Notes: a model not told the origin generated them from the sequence alone. A DNA stretch of 64,000 nt from Spirochaetia bacterium (GCA_965140585.1 OZ223272.1:288001-352000), one strand, 5' to 3'. Counted from the first letter of the stretch, positions 1-10,104 are shown. Translations and numbers: made by a program.

Positions 1-2
1 TG

Positions 3-641
3 TATGAGCTTTTCTGGCCGCGCTATTCCTATAAGAGTGCCAGAGACAACCTTAATACCATCATCTACCGCCTTCGTAAACTGCTCAACGATAAAACTGA
101 TTTCCTGTCCACCGATGTGAACTCCATTAGGTTCAAGGAAAACACTGCAATCACCGATGTTGACCGCTTCCTTGAATACATAGAGATGGGAGCAGATGCA
201 GAAAAGAAGAACAACTTTGATCATGCCATAATAATGTACAAATCGGCCATCGAGACGTATAAGGGTGATTTTCTTGAAAGCGACCTTTACTACGACTTTA
301 TCCGTGATGAAAGGGAAAACCTTAAAAGCCGTTACCGGAACCTTCTTTTCAAGATGACAATACTTTCTATCAACACCGCCGGCTTCAGAGAGGCTCTTGA
401 GTGGGCAAAGATTCTAATTGATGCCGATCCGCTCTGTGAACCGGCCTATCGACTGCTGATGATCGCAAGCGCTGCAGTCGGAAACAGAAGCGAAATACCC
501 AGATTATTCGACAAACTTAATAAGAAACTACAGACCTACTACAAGGTTACAGCCGATGAAAAAACAGTGAACCTTAAAGATCGGCTTCTTTCCGGCGAAA
601 AACCGGATGAATCAATGTGGAAGGATGAAACAATAATTTAA
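3..641 (+). CDS. SARP/AfsR-family transcriptional regulator, C-terminal part (BTAD domain); 5'-truncated by window edge
   Basis: Frame is open from position 3 (YELFWPRYSYKSARDNLNTIIYRLRKLL). BTAD-like motifs TDVDRF, YKGDFL, DPLCEPAYRLLM follow. Confidence 0.85.
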   Translation, partial: YELFWPRYSYKSARDNLNTIIYRLRKLLNDKTDFLSTDVNSIRFKENTAITDVDRFLEYIEMGADAEKKNNFDHAIIMYKSAIETYKGDFLESDLYYDFIRDERENLKSRYRNLLFKMTILSINTAGFREALEWAKILIDADPLCEPAYRLLMIASAAVGNRSEIPRLFDKLNKKLQTYYKVTADEKTVNLKDRLLSGEKPDESMWKDETII

Positions 642-661
642 AACTGCTGTACAGGGAACAG

Positions 662-2653
662 TTACAGGCCGGCCAGCTTCTTCTTGAGGTCACGGACTGT
701 TCCCTGCTTCAGAGTCAGTCGCTGCTTTAGCTCGGTTATAAATGTATTTGAATTTTCATCTCCCCGGACTTCGATAAAATCAGCCTTCCTGACTGTAACA
801 TCACCGTCAATACCGAAACCTACCATAGCGGTACCGTTAAATTCCTTTCGGGCATCTTCACAGCGCATGTTATCCATGGTTTCAACAGCATCAAGCCAGT
901 CATCAAGAAAAGAAGAAATATCAGAAGCAGTCAGTTCCGTATAGGGTTTACCGTAACGCTGTTCAAGCTGCTCGGTATTCCAGGCAAGCTCATATGAGGC
1001 ATAATTCTCATAAATCTGCTTGAAGCCCTGCCCCACCTCGTTCAACTCTTTTAATTCACCCTTCTCAATCCTTCCATACAGCTCCTCAAGCGCAGCTTCA
1101 GGTGCAATCATTCCTGAGAGATCAAGCCACTTCGACTTACCCAGAGGATTTCCTGAGCCCAGAAGCTTTCTGAGATCATCAATACTGCTGTATTCATTGA
1201 ATCGAAGCAGGGTTACAAGCGCATTTCCAACAAACCTTGTAATACCAAGCTCGTAATAATCGATCCCCCTGGCAAGAGATGTGCGTGCAATTCTTACACC
1301 GTTATGGTAGTACTTCTGGGTTGAATGTCCCGAGCTTTCTCTGAGATTTTCCAGCAGATATTTACCGCTTATCATCTTCTGCACCGTATAGGGTGTAAGC
1401 AGATGAAATGTAATGTTATCAAGAATATCAGTATCAATTCTCTGATCGCGTCTGGGCCACTTTTTGGAGTCGCGGATAGTTCCGACACTCTTTATATTTA
1501 CCCCGGGAACAAGGACGCTTTCATCGTCATCTTCAAGAAGGTAGCTGAACGGAAAATCTGAGGTATCCGGATTTGCAGTATGTCTTCCCATTACAAGAGT
1601 AAAGGCTCCGATTCTTGCCGGGAAAAGGATATACGAATTGGATGTGGTTTTCGTCCCTCTTTCCAGAATCCCCTGATGCACAGGTCCCAGCTTGTAGAGG
1701 TGATTGCTCTGGTTTGAGGCCGAACCGGCGTTCATAAAAGAGTAAAACCCTGCAATAAGCAGTGTACTTTTGTGATGGGTAACAGTATAGGGCCCGGCAA
1801 AAACAGAACAGGCCTCACCGTGAAAACCTCCGCAGTTTGCAAAAAATACAGAGTTCTCGGCTGAATACTGTTTTGAAAGCTCAGTAGCCTGCCCGATGAA
1901 ACATTTGTCCAGAATTACACCGTCCGTCACGCTGCAGCCGGAAGCCATAATAAAATCATCAGCTATTACACCGGCGCCGACGGTTGTCGGAGCGGTTTTA
2001 TTACTGTTCACCGTTCCGTTGTTAAGTCTCACTATCCCGTAAAGCTCGGCATACTCACCGACCTTGACATTACGGATATTTCCGCAGTTGGAAATCTTTG
2101 AGCCCCGGCCGATTATTCCGGTATGGGAAGTAACCTTTTTCGAATAATCATCAATGAGCGTCCGCAGCCCGTCAATCAGTTTTATCCTGTGACGGTAGAA
2201 GGCAATTACATAGGCCTCATGAGCCGAGAGTCGGTCATATATGGGAACTTCCCTGCCGCCGGCTTCGTTTATGACAGAAGCCCTTACCCCGTTTCCAAAG
2301 GATGAGTCTTCTGTAACTTCCAGGGTATTAACATCATCAATAATAACATCACTTTCAATTATATAGTTTGATATATAATTAGAGACATTGCGTATATACA
2401 CATTGTCTTTGATGACACAATTATGAAGCACAGAATTATAAACCCCGCTGGTTCTGATAATTCCGCTGGTGGTCTCAAACTTCTTTTCCATCAAGCCGAG
2501 CCTGATGTCGCCGTGAAATATTGTGTGCTTGAATCTCTGCGGATCGAAGCCGTTTTCCGAAGCAAGGACTCGTTCCCACTCTTCAGAAGAGCAGCCTCGC
2601 TCCTCCATTATCCTAATTTCTTCTTTTGTCAGCTTTCGGTATGATTCAGGCAC
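662..2653 (-). CDS. DUF4954-family protein (left-handed beta-helix repeats)
   Basis: 663 aa with hexapeptide-like repeats and GEACSVFAGPYTVTHHKSTLLIAG / NAGSASNQSNHLYKLGP motifs. GTG start preceded by GAGG. Confidence 0.8.
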   Translation of the reverse strand: MPESYRKLTKEEIRIMEERGCSSEEWERVLASENGFDPQRFKHTIFHGDIRLGLMEKKFETTSGIIRTSGVYNSVLHNCVIKDNVYIRNVSNYISNYIIESDVIIDDVNTLEVTEDSSFGNGVRASVINEAGGREVPIYDRLSAHEAYVIAFYRHRIKLIDGLRTLIDDYSKKVTSHTGIIGRGSKISNCGNIRNVKVGEYAELYGIVRLNNGTVNSNKTAPTTVGAGVIADDFIMASGCSVTDGVILDKCFIGQATELSKQYSAENSVFFANCGGFHGEACSVFAGPYTVTHHKSTLLIAGFYSFMNAGSASNQSNHLYKLGPVHQGILERGTKTTSNSYILFPARIGAFTLVMGRHTANPDTSDFPFSYLLEDDDESVLVPGVNIKSVGTIRDSKKWPRRDQRIDTDILDNITFHLLTPYTVQKMISGKYLLENLRESSGHSTQKYYHNGVRIARTSLARGIDYYELGITRFVGNALVTLLRFNEYSSIDDLRKLLGSGNPLGKSKWLDLSGMIAPEAALEELYGRIEKGELKELNEVGQGFKQIYENYASYELAWNTEQLEQRYGKPYTELTASDISSFLDDWLDAVETMDNMRCEDARKEFNGTAMVGFGIDGDVTVRKADFIEVRGDENSNTFITELKQRLTLKQGTVRDLKKKLAGL

Positions 2654-2737
2654 AGGAAACCTCTATATTTATTTATTCTAAGTTTAATTAATAGCATTGA
2701 AGTCAGCAGATATCAATAATTATCTGATTTAAGAGAA

Positions 2738-3838
2738 TCAGATGTATTCATCCCCGAAGCTCTTTTCAACCTCATCATAGAGATTTTTAATATCCTGTGC
2801 CCTATCTTTGGGACATACAAGGGTAGCCTTTTTTGTCCTGATAATAATCATATCCTCAAGGCCTATCCCGGTTATAAGATGCTCAGGATCATCGGAAACT
2901 GCAAGAACACCGCGACAGTCTGTGAAAACAGATTGCGCTGATGAGCTGCGGTTATCATCCGCATCAGCTTCACAGGTTTCTGCATAAGAGGGCCAGGAAC
3001 CTATATCAAGCCAGCTTAGCGGCATGGGCACGGCAGCAATAGTCATATCAGGATCTGCTGATGCAGGTTCCATTACAGCAAAATCCACACTTATTTTTTT
3101 CAGTTCAGGATAAATCCTGCTGATAACTGAATCAAAATCCTGTGTACCGTATGCCTCTCCGAGTTCGGTAATCCGGCTGTAAATTTCAGGTTCGTATTTT
3201 TTTACACAGTTCAGAAGAGTTGAGGCCTTCCATACAAACATTCCGCTGTTCCAGAGGTATGATTCAGGTCCGGCGGCAATGTAGGAAGCAGCAGTTTCAA
3301 GATCAGGTTTTTCCTTGAATCTTTTAAGCGTCTTTGCAGTTGAAGAGCCCTGAAGATTTTCTCCAAGTTCAAGGTATCCAAACCCGGTTGCAGGATGATC
3401 CGGAGTAATACCGAAGGTTACCAGGGTATTGTCGGAACTCTCTGCAATCCGGTAACCCTCTTCAACTATCTCACGGAATTTATCTTCGGGCTGAATGATA
3501 TGATCTGCAGTAAAAACACCTATTACCGCATCTTTATCCAGTTTATGTATGACGGCAGCACTATAGGCAAGAGCGTTCAGGGTGTCGCGTCCGACAGGCT
3601 CTCCGATAAAACGTCCGGCTCCCATCCCGGGAATCCTTGATATAATCATATCCATATGCGCGCTTCCGGCGCAGATAAATCTGTGATTATTCTCGACAAG
3701 ACCTTCAAGCCGCTCATAGGCAATCTGAAGGAGACTTTTTCCATTAACAAAGGGTATCAGCTGCTTTGGCTGTGAACCAGTACTCATAGGCCATAATCTT
3801 GTGCCCTTTCCGCCTGCTATAATTAGTGCATATCTCAT
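2738..3838 (-). CDS. manC: Mannose-1-phosphate guanylyltransferase
   Basis: IIAGGKGTRLWPMS...PKQ, EPVGRDT, ADHII, FKEKP, WNSGMF, SVDFAVME, WLDIGSW. Confidence 0.9.
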   Translation of the reverse strand: MRYALIIAGGKGTRLWPMSTGSQPKQLIPFVNGKSLLQIAYERLEGLVENNHRFICAGSAHMDMIISRIPGMGAGRFIGEPVGRDTLNALAYSAAVIHKLDKDAVIGVFTADHIIQPEDKFREIVEEGYRIAESSDNTLVTFGITPDHPATGFGYLELGENLQGSSTAKTLKRFKEKPDLETAASYIAAGPESYLWNSGMFVWKASTLLNCVKKYEPEIYSRITELGEAYGTQDFDSVISRIYPELKKISVDFAVMEPASADPDMTIAAVPMPLSWLDIGSWPSYAETCEADADDNRSSSAQSVFTDCRGVLAVSDDPEHLITGIGLEDMIIIRTKKATLVCPKDRAQDIKNLYDEVEKSFGDEYI

Positions 3839-3844
3839 TGTATG

Positions 3845-3873
3845 ATGATAAAATAATTCTAATTTGATGTCAA
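3845..3873 (-). promoter_or_regulatory. Sigma70-type promoter of manC, probably leaderless
   Basis: TTGACA (3873-3868), 17 bp, TATCAT (3850-3845), 6 nt, ATG. No SD sequence. Confidence 0.65.
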
Positions 3874-3925
3874 ACGCCGGCTGGACGCCGGTGAGGAAAG
3901 CTAAAATAATTAATAGGGGTACAAT

Positions 3926-4354
3926 ATGCTAAAAGGTATTTCACCGGTTATATCACCGGAACTTCTTAAAATTCTGCAGGAAATGGGTCACGGAGACACT
4001 ATAGTGATAGGAGATGCCAACTTTCCGTCCGCATCGATGGCTCAGAGACTTGTAAGAGCTGACGGGCACAGTGTTCCTGTCCTGCTTGAAGCTATACTGC
4101 AGCTATTTCCACTGGATACCTATGCTGAATATCAGGTAGGCCTTATGGAAGTAACACCGGGAGATCCTACAGTCCCCGTAATCTGGGATGAATACAAGAA
4201 GATAATTGCAAAACATGAAAATTTTGATGTCCAGTACGAGTATATAGAACGGTTTGAGTATTACGAGAGAGCAAAACAGGCATTCGCAGTACTCGCTAGT
4301 GGAGAAACCGCACTTTATGCAAATATCATACTGAAGAAGGGTGTAATTTCTTAA
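3926..4354 (+). CDS. fucU: L-fucose mutarotase (RbsD/FucU family)
   Basis: MLKGISPVISPELLKILQEMGHGDTIVIGDANFP...ERFEYY...GETALYANIILKKGV. Confidence 0.9.
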   Translation: MLKGISPVISPELLKILQEMGHGDTIVIGDANFPSASMAQRLVRADGHSVPVLLEAILQLFPLDTYAEYQVGLMEVTPGDPTVPVIWDEYKKIIAKHENFDVQYEYIERFEYYERAKQAFAVLASGETALYANIILKKGVIS

Positions 4355-4384
4355 AAATTATTACAAATATATTTTTATCGGTAT

Positions 4385-4413
4385 TTGACTTTTCATATGA
4401 TTTCCACTATACT
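4385..4413 (+). promoter_or_regulatory. Sigma70 promoter of the FMN-binding protein gene
   Basis: TTGACT-17 bp-TATACT, followed by AAAGGAG SD. Confidence 0.7.
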
Positions 4414-4461
4414 CCAGTATAAATAACCAACCTTTTATATCAGGTATGGAACTCAAAGGAG

Positions 4462-5373
4462 ATGCACATGAAGAAATTAGTATCAATCTTCATCGTTTTG
4501 GCCGTTCTGCTTACAGCTTCTGCAGTTTTTGCTGAAGGACAGCAGGAAGGCGCAGCTGCCGCTTACACAGACGGCGTATATTTTGCACAGGAAGACGCTT
4601 TTGCAGGTTCCGGCTACAAGTACTTTGTAGTTGTTACAGTAAACGGCGGAAAAATTACTGATGCATACTGGGGCGGAACAAACATTCAGCCAAACGGTGA
4701 CAAGAGAAGAATGTCAGAAAACAAACAGTACGGAATGGTTAAATTCGGTAAGGCTGCTTCATACTGGTACGAACAGGCTGAAGCTGCAGAGAAATGGCTT
4801 ATTGCAAACCAGAATCCGGCAGCAATGAAATATACAGATGACCATGGACATACAGATATGCTTAAAACCGACGGCGGTGCAGGTGTTTCAATCCATGTTG
4901 TTGAATTCTTTACTCTTGTTGAAAAAGCTCTTTCCAGTACAGCTGTACCGGCAGGAAACTTCAAGGCTAAAGATTATGTTGTAAATGTTAAACTTCCTGC
5001 TGGAAACACAGGTTGGGCAACAGCAGCAGACTTCATTGTTGCAAACGGAACTATTGTTGATGTTAACTACAACTCAGTTTACTCAAACAAGCCCGCTGCA
5101 GACGGTAAAGATGCAGCTTACTTCGGAAAAGATGCAAATGGAAAAGTTGATGCAAACGCTCCGTTATCCAAGGACCAGATCGGCGAAGTCTACGGCATGA
5201 AGAAAGCAGGTTCACAGTTCGAGTGGAACGAGCAGGCTGCCAAGGTTGAGGATTACATCCTTAAAAACCAGGCAATCATGGCTGTGAATGCAGACGGTAA
5301 AACTGATGCGATTGCAGGCGTAAGCGTTCATGTTAACGAATTCGTAGAGATTTTCAACAAAGCTTTTAAATAA
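4462..5373 (+). CDS. Exported tandem FMN-binding-domain protein (major membrane immunogen-like)
   Basis: Signal peptide. Two internal repeats YGMxK..(Y/F)xW.EQA...E..++.NQ...TD..AGVS(I/V)HV. Strongly biased codon usage suggests high expression. Confidence 0.7.
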   Translation: MHMKKLVSIFIVLAVLLTASAVFAEGQQEGAAAAYTDGVYFAQEDAFAGSGYKYFVVVTVNGGKITDAYWGGTNIQPNGDKRRMSENKQYGMVKFGKAASYWYEQAEAAEKWLIANQNPAAMKYTDDHGHTDMLKTDGGAGVSIHVVEFFTLVEKALSSTAVPAGNFKAKDYVVNVKLPAGNTGWATAADFIVANGTIVDVNYNSVYSNKPAADGKDAAYFGKDANGKVDANAPLSKDQIGEVYGMKKAGSQFEWNEQAAKVEDYILKNQAIMAVNADGKTDAIAGVSVHVNEFVEIFNKAFK

Positions 5374-5395
5374 GCTGACTTTACAAGTTATTCAC

Positions 5396-5434
5396 AGGGC
5401 AGATCAGCAGATAATTCTGATCTGCCCTTTTTTT
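5396..5434 (+). terminator. Rho-independent terminator
   Basis: AGGGCAGATCAG/CTGATCTGCCCT 12-bp stem followed by a T run. Confidence 0.85.
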
Positions 5435-5460
5435 ATCCTGTCACCGCTTCCGCTTTTCAC

Positions 5461-6435
5461 TCAAAACCGCTTTACATAGGCATGACAGTATGGGGCTTTT
5501 CCGTTATTAAGGTAATAGTCCTGATGGTAGTCCTCGGCCGGCCAGAAAGCTCCGGAAGGCTCAAGCTCCGTTGCAACAGCGTATCCCTTTTCAGTCAGAA
5601 TGTTTATCAGCTCCTGTGCAGCTGCTTTCTGGGTCTCATTTTCATAAAAAACCCTTGAAAGATACTGCTCGCCAATGTCCGGCCCCTGACCATTAGTCTG
5701 TTCAGGATCATGAATTTCAAAAAACAGCGTTGCAAGTTCTCGGTATGTGACCACATCAGGATCATAGAGGACCTCAATTGCTTCTACATGTCCTGTATCG
5801 GTATAACAGACCTCCTTATAAGTAGGAAACGCCTTATGACCGCCTGTATAGCCTACGGTTGTACCGATAACACCTTCAAGTCTGTTGAAGTAGTGTTCAA
5901 CTCCCCAGAAACAGCCGCCGGCGAATACTGCACGGCCGGTCTCACCTTCAGCTGGAATAAAATCCATAGAGAGAGAATTGACGCAGTGTCTGGTATTTTT
6001 TTCTGTAAAGCCTTCTCCTGTAAAAACATGGCCCAGGTGAGCCCCGCATTCCGCACACAGAATCTCGGTCCGGCTGCCGTCTGCATCGGTCTGCCGCCGA
6101 ACTGCGCCATCAATATCATCATCAAAACTCGGCCAGCCGCAGCCGGAATCGAATTTCGTAACCGATTCATAAAGCGGAGTCCTGCAGCGCCTGCAGACAT
6201 ATGTACCGGTCTCATGATAATCCCAGAACTCGCCTGTAAACGGCCGCTCCGTAGCCTTTTCCTCTATTACCCTGTATGAATTTATATCCAATCTGCTGTT
6301 AAGAAGATCTTTTGATTCACTGCTCACTATTACCTCCTCTGTGTTTTCCGGTGTTCCAGATGAGAATACCGGAAAAACCGCAAGAAAAAACAAACCAAGG
6401 GATGTTACTGCCCTAAAGTATTTATTTGATTTCAT
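5461..6435 (-). CDS. msrAB: Exported bifunctional methionine sulfoxide reductase MsrB-MsrA
   Basis: Signal peptide. MsrB: TERPFTG, CRRC, KFDSGCGWPSF, HLGHVF, RHCVNS. MsrA: FAGGCFWGVE, AEDYHQDY. Confidence 0.93.
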   Translation of the reverse strand: MKSNKYFRAVTSLGLFFLAVFPVFSSGTPENTEEVIVSSESKDLLNSRLDINSYRVIEEKATERPFTGEFWDYHETGTYVCRRCRTPLYESVTKFDSGCGWPSFDDDIDGAVRRQTDADGSRTEILCAECGAHLGHVFTGEGFTEKNTRHCVNSLSMDFIPAEGETGRAVFAGGCFWGVEHYFNRLEGVIGTTVGYTGGHKAFPTYKEVCYTDTGHVEAIEVLYDPDVVTYRELATLFFEIHDPEQTNGQGPDIGEQYLSRVFYENETQKAAAQELINILTEKGYAVATELEPSGAFWPAEDYHQDYYLNNGKAPYCHAYVKRF

Positions 6436-6548
6436 ATTAGTAATTTACTAAGGTATTCACTTCAGGAAAAGAAAAAACCATCATAATGTATAAACGCATT
6501 ATTTTTTTCACTATTCATTTTTAACATCATAATTGCTATAATTGAAGG

Positions 6549-7364
6549 ATGAAGAAGCTTTCAATAATTCTGCTGCCCCTGATTATCGCACTGACATCCT
6601 GTATGTCATTTAACGATTTCTGGAACCAGTCCTCAAAACAGTACAAATCAGAATCTCCGATAAATTTCTCATCCTCCGATATATGTGAAGCGGTTAACAC
6701 CTATCCGAGAAACGGCAACCCGGTGTTTTTCGCATCAGTTCAGAGAATGAGCAACAGGGAGCTTGAAGAAGAGGCAGCGCTGCGGAAGGCGGCAGATCAG
6801 GCATCACGTTATTATTCAGTTAATGTTGTGTCTAAATTCTACAGCGAAAAGGTGAATACATCGTTCAGATACATGGACGATCTTGATGCTTCATGGGATT
6901 TGAACCTTTCCGGGTCGCTTTATGAAGATCTCAGTATTATTGAAAGCTGGCAGGACAATTATGGAAGCTATGTACTTGCAGAACTTCAGGGACATGCACC
7001 TCCTGTAATTATATCGCCCAGATCTGCAGACAAAGAACCTTCATGGATTAACAATACTCCGGAAATTCCCGGATATATCACAAGTGTTGGAATAACACTG
7101 CAGAAAGGCTACGTGGCCGACTCGTTTGAAGCTGCTGAAGAGCAGGCTCTTGCCCAGATGGCTAAACAGATCTCAATCAGTGTATCAAACGGACAGGTAA
7201 AACTTGAAAACTCTATTGGAACCGTAACGACACAGAGTAATCTTGAAATAGCCGAGGCCAGCATACAGGGTTTTTACATCCTGGACCGCTGGCGAACTCC
7301 CGACAGCAGATACTACTACGCTCTGGCCGTCTGTCCTGCAGATAAAAACAGGTCAGATGACTGA
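6549..7364 (+). CDS. LPP20-like lipoprotein
   Basis: Lipobox LTSC. EPSWI...YITSVG...AEEQALAQMAKQI motif. Confidence 0.65.
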   Translation: MKKLSIILLPLIIALTSCMSFNDFWNQSSKQYKSESPINFSSSDICEAVNTYPRNGNPVFFASVQRMSNRELEEEAALRKAADQASRYYSVNVVSKFYSEKVNTSFRYMDDLDASWDLNLSGSLYEDLSIIESWQDNYGSYVLAELQGHAPPVIISPRSADKEPSWINNTPEIPGYITSVGITLQKGYVADSFEAAEEQALAQMAKQISISVSNGQVKLENSIGTVTTQSNLEIAEASIQGFYILDRWRTPDSRYYYALAVCPADKNRSDD

Positions 7365-7653
7365 GTTTTCAAAAGCAGTAATTTGTATAATAAGCGCAAT
7401 TCCCGAAGGCCGTGTTGAGACCTATGGAAGCATAGCCGTAAAGGCAGGAAATCCCAGGGCGGCAAGGCAGGTATCAAGACTTCTGCACAGTTCAAGCGGG
7501 AAACACGGCCTGCCCTGGCACAGAGTGATAAACTCAGGCGGCAGGATTTCTCTTACCGGCAGCGGAGCCGACCTGCAGAGGCAGCTTCTTGAAAGCGAAG
7601 GCGTAATTTTCGACAAAAGCGGGAAGGTGGATTTGGAGATATTTTGTGAATAA
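7357..7653 (+). CDS. Alkyltransferase-like protein (MGMT/Atl family)
   Basis: IPEGRVETYGSIA...PRAARQV...LPWHRVINSGG. Trp replaces the catalytic Cys, as in Atl/YbaZ. Confidence 0.9.
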   Translation: MTEFSKAVICIISAIPEGRVETYGSIAVKAGNPRAARQVSRLLHSSSGKHGLPWHRVINSGGRISLTGSGADLQRQLLESEGVIFDKSGKVDLEIFCE

Positions 7654-9052
7654 AGCAACCTCAGTAAGACCTGTAAAATTCATCAGTATTGACGGACAAA
7701 TATGCAGAATAGCACTGGTTGCAGCCGCATTCTTCTATCTGCTTGACTCAATGCTGCCTGCTGACTTTTCTTTAATTACCGGATGGCTGGGCATTGTAAT
7801 AATATTAACCGGAATCCCGCTCACAAAAAAATCATATTTAAAACCGGCAGCAGTTTTCATTACTCTTTCTGCATTTCTGCTTATTTACGAGGGCATCAGC
7901 TTTTCCACCGTAATCAATGGAGTCAATTCGATGCTCGCAATAGCAGCAATAATGACTGCACTTCAGCTGTTTCTTATCCCGATACGTGCAGGCCGGTATG
8001 ATGAGACTCTGGAAAGGTATCTGAAAGGTCGCTTCAGCAGTGAATCGGGGCTTTTCAGTTTTGTCAGTTTTATTTCACATATAGTCGGAAGTTTCATGCT
8101 GTTCGGTACAGTACCGATGATTTACACTTTTTTCGGAAAACCTATAAAAGATCTGGTAAAAGATCCGGCCCGGTTTGCCGTGACCGCTATCGGCAGGAGC
8201 TTCACTCTGGTAACCCTGTGGGCCCCCGGAGCAGTCAGTGTAGTTCTGGTTCTGGAAAGTACAGGAGCGGAATGGATGAAGGTAATTCCGGTTACCCTTC
8301 TGCTGACCATTGTTGGTTTTGCTTCTTCAATTCTGCTTGAAAGCTCGACGGCCCTCAAGGGGCAAAAAATCACAATCTCTGAGGCTCCTGAACCTGATGT
8401 GAAAAAAGCCGATACCAAAAAGATTTATATTCTCGTGGCTGTTTCTTTGATTCTTCTGGCAGGAGTTATGCTCCTGGACATTGTAAACCTGCTTACAGGC
8501 TCTTCCAGGGTTATACTGGTAGGAATCATAACCGCGGCAGCCTGGACGGCTTTTCACAGAAAAAAAAGGATAATAAAAGAAGCATTCTCCGAATACTGGA
8601 ACAGCTCATTGAAAGTAGTACCTGATCTTTCTGTACTCTTTCTTTCAATGGGGATATTTACCAAGGTAATTCAGGCATCATCATTTATAGAAATTTTCAG
8701 CAGCTGGGTTATAAATACTGCAGGCTCTCTTGGACAGTTCAATTTTCTGATTGTTACGCCATTTATTGTAATCCTGTCGCTTACAGGTATACATCCGCTC
8801 ATGGGCGTAGGCCTACTCGGCTCTCTGCTTTCTGCCGCACTTCCGGGATATTCCACAATGATTGCCCTAGGACTGCTGCTTGGAAGTGCAATATCTTATT
8901 CGGTATCGCCATTCGCGGGAACAATTATTACCCTTTCAAGGTTCGCGGGATGCTCTTCAGTAAAGGCAGCCTTCAACTGGAACGGAATGTTCTCGCTGAT
9001 CTTTTTTATTGAAGGGCTCATTATCCTGTCGGTAACAGCCCTTATTCTTTAG
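7646..9052 (+). CDS. Multi-pass membrane protein, putative secondary transporter
   Basis: 468 aa, about 12-13 hydrophobic segments in two halves. Overlaps the previous gene. Confidence 0.6.
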   Translation: MNKATSVRPVKFISIDGQICRIALVAAAFFYLLDSMLPADFSLITGWLGIVIILTGIPLTKKSYLKPAAVFITLSAFLLIYEGISFSTVINGVNSMLAIAAIMTALQLFLIPIRAGRYDETLERYLKGRFSSESGLFSFVSFISHIVGSFMLFGTVPMIYTFFGKPIKDLVKDPARFAVTAIGRSFTLVTLWAPGAVSVVLVLESTGAEWMKVIPVTLLLTIVGFASSILLESSTALKGQKITISEAPEPDVKKADTKKIYILVAVSLILLAGVMLLDIVNLLTGSSRVILVGIITAAAWTAFHRKKRIIKEAFSEYWNSSLKVVPDLSVLFLSMGIFTKVIQASSFIEIFSSWVINTAGSLGQFNFLIVTPFIVILSLTGIHPLMGVGLLGSLLSAALPGYSTMIALGLLLGSAISYSVSPFAGTIITLSRFAGCSSVKAAFNWNGMFSLIFFIEGLIILSVTALIL

Positions 9053-9067
9053 CAGTCAAGAAAAACT

Positions 9068-9394
9068 TCAGACCTCACATTCTTTCAGCTCCAGAGACTG
9101 CTTCCGCTTGAAAATATTCTTTGTCATGCATGTCATCCATTTCCAGTGCAGGATCAGATGTCCAAGTACCCCTGCTGCCATGATAATGCTGCTTATCGTG
9201 TGCATATCTTTTATAAACCAGCGGTCCATTCCAAGAACGGTAACAGCAGCATGGATGTTCCGGCCGCCCCGGTAACCGTCTCCGGAACCGATAAACAGCA
9301 GAACTATCCCGCTGAACGCCGACAGCAGAAATCCAAGTCCGATGGCTACATCCACTATATAATTAACCTTGCCTCTGCTTATTCCCTGCTTCAT
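9068..9394 (-). CDS. DUF4405-domain membrane protein
   Basis: SGIVLL...DMHTISS...GHLILHWKW. Start moved to MKQG, which follows GGAGG. Confidence 0.75.
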   Translation of the reverse strand: MKQGISRGKVNYIVDVAIGLGFLLSAFSGIVLLFIGSGDGYRGGRNIHAAVTVLGMDRWFIKDMHTISSIIMAAGVLGHLILHWKWMTCMTKNIFKRKQSLELKECEV

Positions 9395-9523
9395 ATTAAA
9401 GCCTCCTGTATTTCTTATACACAGATAATAAAGCTCCAAATTGAACGGTTTATGCAGAAATTTAAAAGATTTTGAGGAGAGCAATTTAAATAATTAATGT
9501 TATTATTTACCCCGGAGGAACGA

Positions 9524-9940
9524 ATGGGAGAAACAGTAAGATTCGGTGTTTCAATGGACAGTGAGATGGTCGAGCTGCTTGACCGGTTCACTATTGAACA
9601 GGGGCATGAAAACCGCTCGGAGACTATCCGAAGTCTGGTAAGGCAGGCCCTTGTTGAAACAAATTCAGGCGATGCTGATCCCGAGATAATAGGTACTGTA
9701 ACGCTTCTTTATCACCACTCCACCCGCCTTCCACGTGTTCTGGTTGAAAACTACCCGTCGGTACAAATTACCGCAAATATTCAGCTTCATGCTGACACCG
9801 ACATCCGCATTAAAGTTCTGGTTGTCAGAGGCAGGGGTTCGGAAGTTCATGCATGGGCACAAAAACTTCTTTCAAGCAAAAAGATAATCGGAAAACTTGC
9901 AGTTACTGCAACAGATGAATTGTTTAAAGAATTACTTTAG
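9524..9940 (+). CDS. NikR-like ribbon-helix-helix/ACT regulator with degenerate metal site
   Basis: VRFGVSMD...LDRF...NRSETIRSLVR, then IGTVTLLYHH. GGAGG SD before MGET. Confidence 0.8.
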   Translation: MGETVRFGVSMDSEMVELLDRFTIEQGHENRSETIRSLVRQALVETNSGDADPEIIGTVTLLYHHSTRLPRVLVENYPSVQITANIQLHADTDIRIKVLVVRGRGSEVHAWAQKLLSSKKIIGKLAVTATDELFKELL

Positions 9941-9952
9941 ACCTTTTTATAA

Positions 9953-10019
9953 TTGACTTCAACTGAAAAAAATAATACCTTATCATTAAGTAGCACGTTT
10001 TTATATTTTCGTGTCACTT
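9953..10019 (+). promoter_or_regulatory. Promoter plus palindromic NikR-type operator of the ABC operon
   Basis: TTGACT-17-TACCTT. Inverted repeat AAGTAGCACG-N12-CGTGTCACTT (9988-10019). Confidence 0.6.
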
Positions 10020-10104
10020 CTTGTACTGAATAACACCGTATTCAGAAAAAACTAACTGAGTTTACAAGAAGCTCAATCTCATAAAAACCTTGGAGGTATC
10101 TATT

